Part shown: positions 16,091-27,827 of the stretch, one piece after another | Layout: each line of letters starts with the position of its first letter | Position numbering within the stretch: position 1 is the first letter of the stretch | Origin: the human T2T-CHM13v2.0 reference genome, Homo sapiens | Reading direction: 5' to 3' (one strand) | Length of the DNA: 64,000 nt | Assembly: GCF_009914755.1 (NCBI RefSeq) | Contig: NC_060932.1 | The notes under the pieces: model-generated | Seen by the model: only the letters and a program-made list of their open reading frames with translations | The model's database searches: none | Told to the model about the DNA's origin: nothing | Position numbers and translations under genes: made by a program

Positions 16091-18341
16091 CATGTTTATA
16101 ATGACTGTAATGATCAATATAGAAGAATAAATGATCTTACACAACTTCATGAATTTAGAATATTTGACTTTTTAAATATGTATCTGAAATGTCTGACAAG
16201 AGTCTTGAATTTATTTACACTTGCCTGAGACTATAGTCTGTGGGAAGGTATAGTTTTTTCCATTTTTCATGCTTGCTTATTTTAACGTTAACATTTTTTA
16301 CTATCTTATTGCCTAAAATAATTACTAAGAATTTATAATTAAAGTAATGACATAATTGTTTAGAATTTGTAATTAAATTGATGTGATAGCTATTGTTATT
16401 TTCAAGTCAGAGTACAGTATATTACTGTAATAATCTTAGGCAAACCTTCAACTATAATTTAAAAAGTGGAGTAAATTCAGAATTTACAATCCTTTGTGTA
16501 TTTTTGATCAGGTGATAAATATCATATTTATTATCAATTTTCATATTTCATCTAATCAGAAAACATTTACTACAGCCATTTGTAAAATTCCTGTTTTCTT
16601 CATTTTAAAAATGAGTGTATGTCTAGACACTTATTTTCATAGAGTTCTAACATACTCTATAGATATTTATGAGAATTCTGCTGTAAACATGTAAATATGA
16701 TATATATATATATCATATATATGATATATCCAAATGGCAAAATTTTTGAAAGTTTTACATATCTTAATGATACAATTTAGCCATTTGGTATTCAATATCC
16801 TATAGTTCTAACGTGGGAAGGGACCTTAAAATTCATGTAATCTAATCTTTACATTTTATAAACTAGCAAAATTAGGTCAGATGTAAAAAAGCCCTCCTGC
16901 CCTTATAGGACATCTTTAAATGTGTTAATTAATATAACATCACTGTATTAAAGTGCATATGGCTTGGGCACATAACTTCTCCAACAATATTGAATGTATG
17001 TAGTATACAAATATAATAATATGTAATTTTAAAGTTTGTAGGCTTTTGGGAGGACACTGAGTAATATGTACTTGAGCAAATATTTTGGTGTAACCACTGA
17101 AATTTGAATAAACTTGCATCTTTTTTTCTAGTCTTAGAAAATTTATTCTAATACTCTCAAATACATTTCTTCTGAGTTTTAAGACCAGTGAGATTTTTTT
17201 TTCTGGAGATTCTCATTGCTTGCAATCAATTGCATTAGCTCATACTATTCAATATGAGAGAATCTCTTACCCCATTATTTACGCATTACCTAAAGCAGCT
17301 GAATATTTATACTTTCTATTCTATCTAATACCATTTAAGTGGAAACAATTCTGAAGGTTCTAAGGTTGTTGGTGATATTTCCTTACGTTAAAGGTTTCAT
17401 TAGACATGTCTCTTTGGGTTAGCATCCCTTTACTATAGAGTATGGGCATCCTCCCACAGGAACAACCAACCAGCTTAGCAAACAGAATAATTGGTACCAT
17501 TCTTTTCACACACACAAAAGTAAGTTAAAACAGGATAGAGCTTTTATCATCAATTGATTCTCAGAAGTCCTTTCTTGATATGTCAGCCCCAAGGCTTATA
17601 TCAAAGTTGTTTCCTTCAATGTGAAAACTTCAAGCTTCCAATTCACCAGTCTGCAAACCCTGAGCATCAAAGCAGCCCTGCCCTGTGATCCACGGCTAAG
17701 CACTTACTTTCTTGAAGTGATGCTTAGTGCTCTGATTCAGCATTGAGATCTAAGGGTGCTGTTACAAGAAGATAAATTAGGGAACCAGACGATTACACCC
17801 TTTGGCCTCCACTGAGATTTCCTGAGCAGGAGCACTTGTCTCCAATTCCTCTTTGACCCTTTATTGTTTCCATATGGCGGCCACTGCTCAGGATTCTCGC
17901 TTGACTAACACCGTTCCTGAGAGATTGACGTGTGTAGAGCCTGACTGCTTGAGAGGTCAGTTGTTGAGAGTCCATGTAAACCAAAAAGTCTATCCAACTG
18001 CATATTATCTTCTTTTTAGCTACTATTTTATTTAATGCCAGCGCCCATGTGTTTTTTTCAACTATACTGTCCATTAAAATAATTTCCTTGTTTTTTAAAA
18101 AAATTATGATAGTTTCTAATTTCAGTCCATCAGGCTGTTTTTCTAATTTCTTCTCCTTACTTGGAGAAATCATGATTTTAAAATAATCGTCATCATTTTC
18201 GTCATCATCATTCTTTATCTTATCTAATTGATATTTAAACAAGAAGAAAATTAAATGATATATAACATTAATATTACCTGGTTATCAAGTTTTCATTATT
18301 TTGTCCAAATTTCCACAGGTATGATGTGTTTTTTCCTGTAC

Positions 18342-18823
18342 TGACGGGGTTCAAACCATGCTACTCCAAAATATGGCACCTTGGCATTTGAGGAAACAGC
18401 AGAATCAGGAAGACTGCTTTCACTTTCTCCTTGCCTTTCTTCCCTGAAGCAATTCATAAGACCTACATTTGAGAGGTGCCATTCCTATACCCAGAGGAAA
18501 GGAATATCTTTATCTTTGAAGACATAGGTACACGGAGAAGAATCTACAAAAGCAAGACTAGCTAACCCCCACCCCCAACCTGTTAGTTATTGTCTAATCA
18601 TATTTCTTCATGACCATTCACTTTTTAAAATCAAAAATAACATAAAAAATATACAGGTTTACTTACTTCTTTAGGTTCTCATTTCCTTACAAAGGCTTCT
18701 GTGTCACATAAAGCTTATATTAAATAAATTTTTATGCTTTTGTCTTGTTAATCTGTATTTTATTATAGGGGCATCAGCCATGCATCTTGCAATGAATGAG
18801 AAAAAAATCTTTCCTCCACTATG
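18342..18823 (+). mobile_element. ERV1 solo LTR, MER34-like
   Basis: Starts TGACGGGGTTCAAACCATGCTACTCCAAAATATGGCACCTTGGCATTTGAG; AATAAA at ~18723; ends TTCCTCCACTA; imperfect 4-bp TSD GTAC/GTTC. Confidence 0.8.
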
Positions 18824-19409
18824 GTTCTCATTTACGACTGTCTGATACATAGTAAATGCTCACTAAGTCACTTTCTTATTCTGCCACAAGTGATTAGACA
18901 GTCATGTGATAAGGTGGAAATATTATATCTTCGTTGTTTAAGGGTATGAATTAATACCAGGGGGCAGAAGGGGACCATTTCCTAGATGCTTTTCCCATTG
19001 ATATTCTAGTCAGGTCAGCTACCCTGCTAAAATGTCTTAAATTCCCCCTTTTTATCTTTCTCTTGTCACTTATTTCAGGTCTTCAGCATCTGTCTCTTGT
19101 ACTTCGGCATTCTCTCTGCCCATTGGTATCATTTTCCATTCATACTCCTGTTACTAAATTGGCTCTAAACATGTACAGTATGCACAGACAGACATTTGAT
19201 TGTGGTACTCCTCCACTTAAAATTCTTTTATATTCCCAACTAACAATCGAATTTCCTTTAAACCAAGGGCACCAGGAAGAGGTAAAAGGGAGCTAACCAA
19301 AGCGGTCTTTTGAGCCTCTCACTGCCACTCAACTCTAACAATTCTGCTTTGCATATTTTATATATTAGGCCCAGCTAAAATTACATTTAAAGAGAAAGCA
19401 TTAGTCAAC

Positions 19410-19770
19410 AATCACCTTAATAATGCTATGTAATAAGCATCTTTCAAAGTCTTACAATGACAAACATTTTCTTTGTTCATAGGTTTTAGGATTTGCTGAG
19501 GTGGTTTTGTGACAGGTAGTTCAGATTTTCTTCACATGTTTTTTGGTATGAGTGGCCTTTTGTGACTTGCTGTCCCTATGAAGCATGCAGATGTCCTAGA
19601 GACAGATCAAATAATACAAGTACTTTTCAAAGTTTGCTCATATCCTATCTGTCCAAATGACATTGGCCTATGACAATCAGTCAAGAAGCATACTAAACCC
19701 ATAATGAAACCATGGCAAGGGCACAGAGGTCATGGGAGATCATGAATAAATAATACTATCTGCTCCATAA
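19410..19770 (-). mobile_element. Degenerate MaLR (MLT1-type) LTR fragment
   Basis: AATGCTATGTAATAAGCA...ACATTGGCC...CCATGGCAAGGGCA pattern resembles antisense MLT1; heavily diverged. Confidence 0.4.
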
Positions 19771-20871
19771 AGCTTCTGCTGTTCTAAACAAAATTTTAAA
19801 ACAGTTGATCTGCCAAGTAAATAGAAAACCTCAAGGGAAGAGTAAAAACCTTCATGACTTCTTATTTACCTTTCAGTTTATTTCAGGACACTCACTGCTA
19901 TATCTTAGTATCTTGCAGCAAAAGAATCCTAACAGCTTCCTCTGCATATATCTTTTCTCCTGTTTTGAATGCTCTACCTCCTCTGCCTGGGAAACTAATT
20001 CTCATCCTTGGTTACCTAGCTGATGGTTAATTGTGCTATTCCCAAATAAACATTTTATTGCTGACATGAACAAATACTCTCAATCTTGAAATCAAATGAC
20101 TCACATATAGGCTTAGATCCATTTAGTTCATCCAAGCAAAAACAAATCCCATTAAAGCAAAGTCTGTAAGGGAATGCTGCTGAGACTGGTTTTGCCCACC
20201 CCTGTTCAAGAATGTTGATTAAAATAGGCTAGATTTGTTTATCCGAGGCTTTAACGTATAATATTTTTAAAAAGAAGTGTATCATACAATGGCATTCATG
20301 TTGACTCTGCTACCATAATTTACGTAGAACAGAAAATAAGTGACATTCAGTAAAACTTTTATATTACTTTTTATCATTAGGGAATAATTAAAAGACTAAG
20401 TTGTTCTGGGGTTCACATTGCACTCTTTTTGTCTTTTCCATGTTCTTCTAGCACTTTAACATGCATCCTTTACAGTTCTTTCAGCCATGCTCTGCTACTT
20501 TGGAATGTAACTCTATTACTTTCTTGTATAAGAAATCTTGATATTAATTGTCTAGTTGGATCTACTCCTTAGGGTGTGTACTGTAATCATGTCTTTCGAC
20601 CATTTTATTCATGCAGTCAAGAAAGGACATTTTATTTTACTGCCTTTGGAAAGGGCAGTATTTTGGGGCAAAAGCTGAATATAGTTCTTCATGGAACTGA
20701 AATGTGAGTACAAAAATACTAGTGAAGTAAATATTGCCTTGGCAGCTCAGGCTTATCTAGTTTAACCATGTTATGTTCATTGTATTGTAGATTACATATA
20801 CATTCCAAAAACAGGAAATTCAATTTGTGCTTGCAAAGAACATCTCAAAGTAGATGGAGGAAGAGCAAGAG

Positions 20872-21064
20872 CGAAGGTATGCTGAAGCTGGTTCCCACTG
20901 GATTGTGAGACTAGACTGTTAACATGTCTTCCCAATTCCTTGTTCAGTGATACTAAGTTGATAGCTTGCAACTGACCATGGTAGGAGTATTTACACCATG
21001 GATATAGGCAACCACTCAAATCAGAATTTATTTTCCAGGGGGCTGGTTTACTAGTATACCAGAG
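20872..21064 (+). mobile_element. MER63A (hAT-Blackjack) DNA transposon
   Basis: TCTTCCCAATTCCTTGTTCAGTGA...ACCATGGTAGGAGTATTTACACCATGGA...AAATCAG...GCTGGTTTACTAGTATACCA. Confidence 0.8.
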
Positions 21065-22144
21065 CCAGGACTTGGACTTTTGTGTAAGTTTCTTTATCTT
21101 TCTTATGATTGTCAAATTTGTAAGTTCTGTTTAAACATTATTTTATCTTACTTCTCATGTTTTATATTATGACACATTCTATTTTCTTTTCACCTAAGGT
21201 AATTGTATTTACCATTACTTTTTTCCTTTCTTTTCATTCTCATGTTCTTTTTGTTCCCTTACTATTCTGAAAATATATTTATGAAGATTCTAACATGCTA
21301 TATATTTCAAATTAAATGAATATCTTGCTTATTATTATAAATGTTACATTATGCTAAAACGTTATGTGTAAGCATTCAAAGACTTTATTCCAACTGTTAG
21401 CTTACAAGGAATTTTATTTTATTTTTTGGCAAGGGATTATAAATGAATCTAAGGAATTTTTTAATTTACTGTATATATAAAGCTAGAAAGTAGTGAGTTT
21501 AAAAAGATCCCCTCCCCTCTTTGTCAGGAAAATCCATATCTCCAAAAAAGCAGGCAAACTATTTTTTTTGCTATAGAAAATATTCAATTAGATTATAAAA
21601 TATATGTAAAATATAAAATAAACGTTGTAGAAAAGTAGCTCTGCAGCTACATGTAAAACTGAAAAATAAAAAACACAAAATTTATAATGTTGTCAGCTTT
21701 TGTGATTTTCTTGTTGGAATTGTGGTGCTGTGTCCATAAAACTTTAGCCTGGGCCTGAGGATTTAAAATATTTACCACAGTGCCCAGCAAATTATTTAGT
21801 GGTCCAGGATTTTATTATTATTTATAAATCATTAGAAATATAAATTGAGGTGGTGGGAATAAGAAAACAAAGGAAAAATAAATCAATATTGTTGCCAGCA
21901 GAATCTGTTTCCAGAAACCAGTGACAAAACTTTATCCTTTTTATATACAAACTTGAGGAGCAAACACAATCATTCTTATCGATTTATTATCAGAATATGA
22001 TTAGAAATATGTTCCACAGTTTTTTTCTGTTTTAGTGCTGTTTATATGTGCATTTATATTGTCTTACAATTGTCTTTTGAAAATGTCCTCTCTAGCTTCA
22101 GGGTCTTTCTTCTCTTACCTTTTGTTCCGGTTAAATTTCAGAGG

Positions 22145-22330
22145 AGGAAAAATCCAGATTGTGGCACCTTATTAGTTTGTTACCTTGAGCAATTTGACTT
22201 ACACCCCATTTTCTCCCATCTGTTTACTTGGGAAAACAACACTACTTATTCTATAGTGCTGTTGTGAGATTAAACAAGGGCATGCTTATAAAGTATTTAG
22301 GGAGTGCCTAGCAGATAATTAGCATTATTT
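22145..22330 (+). mobile_element. MIR SINE
   Basis: ACCTTGAGCAA...CATCTGT...CTGTTGTGAGATTAAA...TATAAAGTATTTAG...GTGCCTAGCA. Confidence 0.65.
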
Positions 22331-23732
22331 TCACAAACCACCTTCTTGATAGTTTCATTCTTAGGTCTATTGATAATCACTCACATTTTTAAATACCTGA
22401 AATATTTATTTTAACTCCCCTTGTTAATTTCCTCTTTATTTACTTGCTCTAGATTGTAGGGTCTTTTTTATTCCTCATAGAATCCAAACTCCATAATGTA
22501 TTGTCATATTCAAGTGGACCTAAATAAACATTTATTGTTGACGGTGAGGTTATTGATAGAGGAATGGGGGAACAGTTCAACTTACTTTTCATAGACTTAC
22601 TATGTTCAAAAAGAGTTTGCATTTGTACTCATACTTTCTCTTGCACATGACATTCAAATACGTAAGTTCTTATTTTCTAGTGCATGTCATGTGTAGTTTA
22701 TTTTTAGAATTTGTGAGATCTGAATGAATGACATTCAAATAAATTAATATTAAATTATTCAAAATGGACAGTGATACATTGGACAAAATTATAAAATAAT
22801 TTAATAGTAAATGTAGACTCTGTATCAGGTTTTTGTTTCATTTGCTGAAATATTTGTATTTTTTAAGTATTTGGTTATTCTATGGTGGGTGTGTTAATTT
22901 CTCATTATATATTAAATGGTTCATCTCTTCAGATGTTTGTATCTCAACTCAGAAATTCTTGAGCAGCTTAAATTTTAACTCAATAAGCATATGATACAGA
23001 ATAAAAATACATAAATCAATAACAATTTTCAAAAATAAAGATTAATATTATCTATGCAATGATCAAATGAAGGGAGGCCATTTATGCCAATGACAGTTGT
23101 ATTTTGAACTAGTTTATCTCTAATTCCTTTGTTTGCCTCTTACTTGTAAGATTATTCCTGAAACAAGTACAGTGGCAAGCTAATTTTGTACATTCATTTA
23201 CATAATTGCCATCATAACTTATTTTCTCTTTTCTGTCAATTTATAACTAAAAGCTCACTCAGAGTATTTCTATGCAAGTTTTGTTTTCTATATTGTTTCT
23301 AAAGAACTATTGAAAGTGTTTATGATTCCAAGCCTCATTTTTATAAATATTAACCTAGAAAAAACAAACAGGTGTCTTCTCATGAACATTTAGAATAAAT
23401 AGGGAAATAATTTGAACACTTAGTATAAAGATGAAAATTTATTTTAGGAACTCATAATGACATGTTCTAACTATTTTAGAATATAAATAAGATTAGGGAA
23501 CATGCAACTAAATGAAAGGAGATAGTTTCGGCTATGTCTTTATGTGTGATTTAAGATGCTTTAAAATTAGAATAAAGAGTGGATGAAAGATTCAAAACAC
23601 TCATTGTTAACCTTGACCAAAATACTGGTATACTGACTTCCCCATCCTTTAAAAAAATTCATGCTTTGGCTACAATCAGATGGCCAGTTTAATCAAAGAT
23701 TTGATAGGTAACATATTTTCCCTAACTCACCA

Positions 23733-24266
23733 CAGTGATCTCCCCATATCTGCTGGAGATAAGTTCTAAGAACTCCAGTGGATGCTGATAGCTGTACATA
23801 CTACGTTTTTTCATATACATACATTCCTATGATAAAGTTTAGTTTCTAAACCAGGCACCAGAAGAGATTAACAACAATACAAAAATAGAACAATTATATC
23901 AATATGCCAGCATCACTAATCTTATGCTTTGGGCATTATTAAGTAAAATAAGGGTTACTTGAACACAAGCACTGCTTATATCCAGGCAAAAGATCTGATA
24001 ACTGAGATGGCTGGCTGCTAAGTGACTAATGGGTGAGAGGCTAGCACAGAGAAGGTGAAGATGCTGGACAAAAGGAGGATTCATGTCCAGGATACACAGA
24101 GTGGGAGGACAAGGGATATAATTATGCTGCACAGAAAGGTGCACAATTAAAACTTATGAATTGTTTATTTCTGGAATTTTCCTTTTGATATTTTCAGGCT
24201 GCAGTTAGTTGACTGTAGGTAACTGAAACCTACGCTGGAGAAACTGCAGGTAAGCTGGAACTACTA
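23733..24266 (-). mobile_element. MER44B-like (Tigger7 derivative) DNA transposon
   Basis: CAGTGATCTCCCCATATC left end; CCTATGATAAAGTTTA, AAGAGATTAACAACAAT, GGTAACTGAAACC; right end GGAACTACTA. Confidence 0.85.
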
Positions 24267-24317
24267 TAATAAAACTTCTGTGTAAATTCATTTAATAACT
24301 TTTAAGATAGCTTAGGG

Positions 24318-24586
<269 letters not shown>

Positions 24587-25039
24587 TTAGCTTAGGGACT
24601 TGAGTAAACAGTGTAAATTCAGAATAAACTGTGATGGGAAATAAACTACAAAACACAAAATGAAGTACTCACATTTCTGTAAGATTTGCAAATATAAACA
24701 TTATGAAGAAATCAAACGAACCTATATAATAACATGCATATGTGTGTTATGTATTTAATAAAAGACTCATCTTTTAAAATGTATATTTAAGTAAATGCAA
24801 TTGGATTCTTTCAATGGTCAACAAAGATGTGTAAAAACAAAAGTAAATACATTGTTTTAGTATTTGTTATGCAAGATAAATAGCAGAATGCAACTTCTAG
24901 GATGCTTTTTTGAATAAAATTATTGATTTATGATTTCACATTACTTCTAATATTTTAACTTGATTAATTTATAGAAATTATGTATTTTACTATTTAAAAG
25001 ACAATTAGAATAATTTTATTATGTCCTATTATTAAGTGA

Positions 25040-25220
25040 TTTATATATTTTTTAACTCTGACAAAACACTGTGAAATTACTATTATACTTATTTAATAAT
25101 GAGAAAGCTTAGAGTCGTAGGCATTAGCTAACTCTCTGAAGATTATTTCTAGTTCACAAGAAGGCCAAGATGTGAACCCAGGCTGTCTACCTGTAAAACC
25201 CTTGCTGTTTTCATTCCAAT
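25040..25220 (-). mobile_element. MIR SINE
   Basis: ACAAAACACTGTGA...TATTAT...ATGAGAAAGCTTAG...GGCCAAGATGTGAACCCAGGCTGTCT. Confidence 0.65.
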
Positions 25221-25544
25221 ACTCTATATCTCATTTCTCAACAGCAGCATTACTTGGGAAATAAATATTCATGCTTCAGTGGAATATTGTCAGGATAAAG
25301 ATTGCAAAATTTAAGATAAAACTCAAATAGCACAAATTACAAAATTGAAAATAAAACACAATAGCTCAAGTAGGTAAATGAAGCTAGAGAGTGTACTTTT
25401 CAAACTGTACCACTGTTTAATCATAGCAAGAATAATATCTGCTAGCTTCCTCTCCCTCTCTCACAATTTTTATAAAGAAATCAAATCTCCCAAAGTCGTA
25501 CCTTACAGAGCCTGGGTAATTTCTCCCAATTTATTGTATTTGGT

Positions 25545-26525
25545 GTTATGTTTTGTTTTATGTTTTCTACCTGGGTTCAGAAATCAAAGAAGGGATGTTA
25601 ATGGGAACAACTTTTTCAATAGCACCCTTATTAATCCAATAGCTTCCTATCTCCACAACATTAGACTTTGCTGTTCTAATGTTTTTAGTTTCCAAAGATA
25701 AAATATTTCCACCATGGGACACACAGTAGGTTACCTTAAACTGGAAGTTGAGGTTAACATGACTATTTTGGGTACTGATGCTGGTAAATTATATGGCAAG
25801 GTACTGAGTTTTTACTACTTGAAGTGATTGTGAATTTCGAGAGGAATTTGGGTTGCTACTACACAACGTGAATAAAAAACAGATTATGTCAGGAATGCAG
25901 AAGATTCCCTGAGATGCCTCTTTGTACTTCCATATCCCGTGGTTCAAGTCAATGAAAAACTAAAACAACCTAATTCAGGCAGGGCTGAACCAATTCAGCA
26001 ACTCAGTTCAGACAGTAGTAAAAGCTTGAATCACTCCAGTAGGCAAGGAACTTCAACAAGCTAAGAGCACAGGAGATATGGAGATATAGAATGGATAGTG
26101 GCAGAAGTTAGCTATTTACCAGCTACAACCACGTTACCAGAGGGAGAAATGAAAACTGTACAAGTCATGTGTATTTCTTTTAGTTTTCATTACTACCATA
26201 ATACATTTATTAACCAATTATTTTCTCTTTCCATTTCTTATTCTTCAGCTAACATCAGATTTGTTAATACTAGTTAATTTAATGGGTCAATGTCTTAGTT
26301 TTAGACTATCAAAGAGGATTTGTGACTCAGCCAGAAAAATGAACATTAATTAACAATGGATGAAAGGATATTACACCCTTTATGGGAAGAAGGTTAGCTT
26401 GCTTTGTGTTTGTATGCAGGATAGGGGCATAATACTAGGTTGAAGCATGACTTTGCTAATGTCTTTCTTGGGAAGTTAACTATGGTAAGAAGAGGCATGT
26501 TTGGATGACTAGCTGACAAAAAGTA
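25545..26525 (+). mobile_element. ERVL (ERVL-E-like) internal 3' region with decayed dUTPase
   Basis: 25736-25756 reads LNWKLRL (ERVL dUTPase segment); followed by GGGTTGCTACTACACAA, GTCAATGAAAAACTAAAACAACC, GAATGGATAGTGG...TACCAGCTACAACCAC. Confidence 0.8.
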
Positions 26526-26529
26526 GTTT

Positions 26530-27141
26530 ATGGTGGCTTTAGAATGTGTTAACTTGGCTAAGCTGAACTACATTTTCCCCAATTTTTTTCTTGTTAGTTT
26601 TTGCTTAGATTTAGCCACAAAAGGTGTCTGTAAGATTGATAAAGTAAAATAAAACAGTAGGTGTGTTTACTCTAGGAAGGTTGATGAAGACTGGATGTTT
26701 TGAGACTCATGAAAGTTTCTGCAGATTGCTTCGTTCACATCGGCACAGACAGTGGACCAGTCCAGGTTTTCAGCTTCTGCTCAAGATCTTCTGTCAACAT
26801 CTCAGTTCTGAGCGAGGTTTAAGTTTGGCTCTTTGGCTACAGTGACAGTGTCTTCCACAAGTCATCCGTGGCACTGAGGTTGGAGGCTTAGAAAGAAGAG
26901 GCCACTATGGGTTTCCATGGGAAACAGACACAAGTTTCAGTTATTACTTTTCTCCACTTGCCCATTTTTCAAACATCACCACCACTCCTGTGTCATCAAG
27001 CTCAGTAGCAGATGGAGTAGAAACAGCAGACCAGGACTATTTTAGCAGCTACTAAAATCACATGAAGTCAAAGCCCTAGAGTAAATCGCTTATTCTGCGT
27101 GATCCCTAATGGTTTTATTTCTCTAATTTAATTCTGATAGT
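26530..27141 (+). mobile_element. MLT2F/MLT2E-like ERVL 3' LTR
   Basis: GTGGCTTTAGAATGTGTTAACTTGGCTAAGCTGAACTACATTT start directly after the ERVL internal region. Confidence 0.7.
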
Positions 27142-27535
27142 ATCTCTTTTATGATATACTACCTATAGGAAACAAATGTTTTTACTTTAAAGGCATATTA
27201 TCAGAGCAAAAATTTTAAAATGGGAAAATGAAATATGTCAAAAGTTAACATACAATCTTTTTGAAGTTTATTTCAAACTCTATGACTCTTTAAATCATAT
27301 TAAGAAAAATATCTCCAAATACCTCTTTCATAGTTTGTGCAGCAGAATCAAGCCTCTAAGGAAGAACTTTTCATTTCCTTAACCATTTCATTATCAGGAA
27401 CTGCAGTACTACACATTACGAAGACTGACATAAACACCAAAAGTGATTTCATCTATTAGTTGCAGTAAGAACCTAAGCTAGCAGATAAAAATGAATCCAA
27501 ATTAACTCAATTACATGTATTAAAACATAATGCTC

Positions 27536-27827
<292 letters not shown>

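Noticed and set aside
17793-18242. 149-aa minus-strand ORF
   Set aside because: Non-ATG start, low-complexity K/D/N N-terminus, no recognisable domain or exon structure
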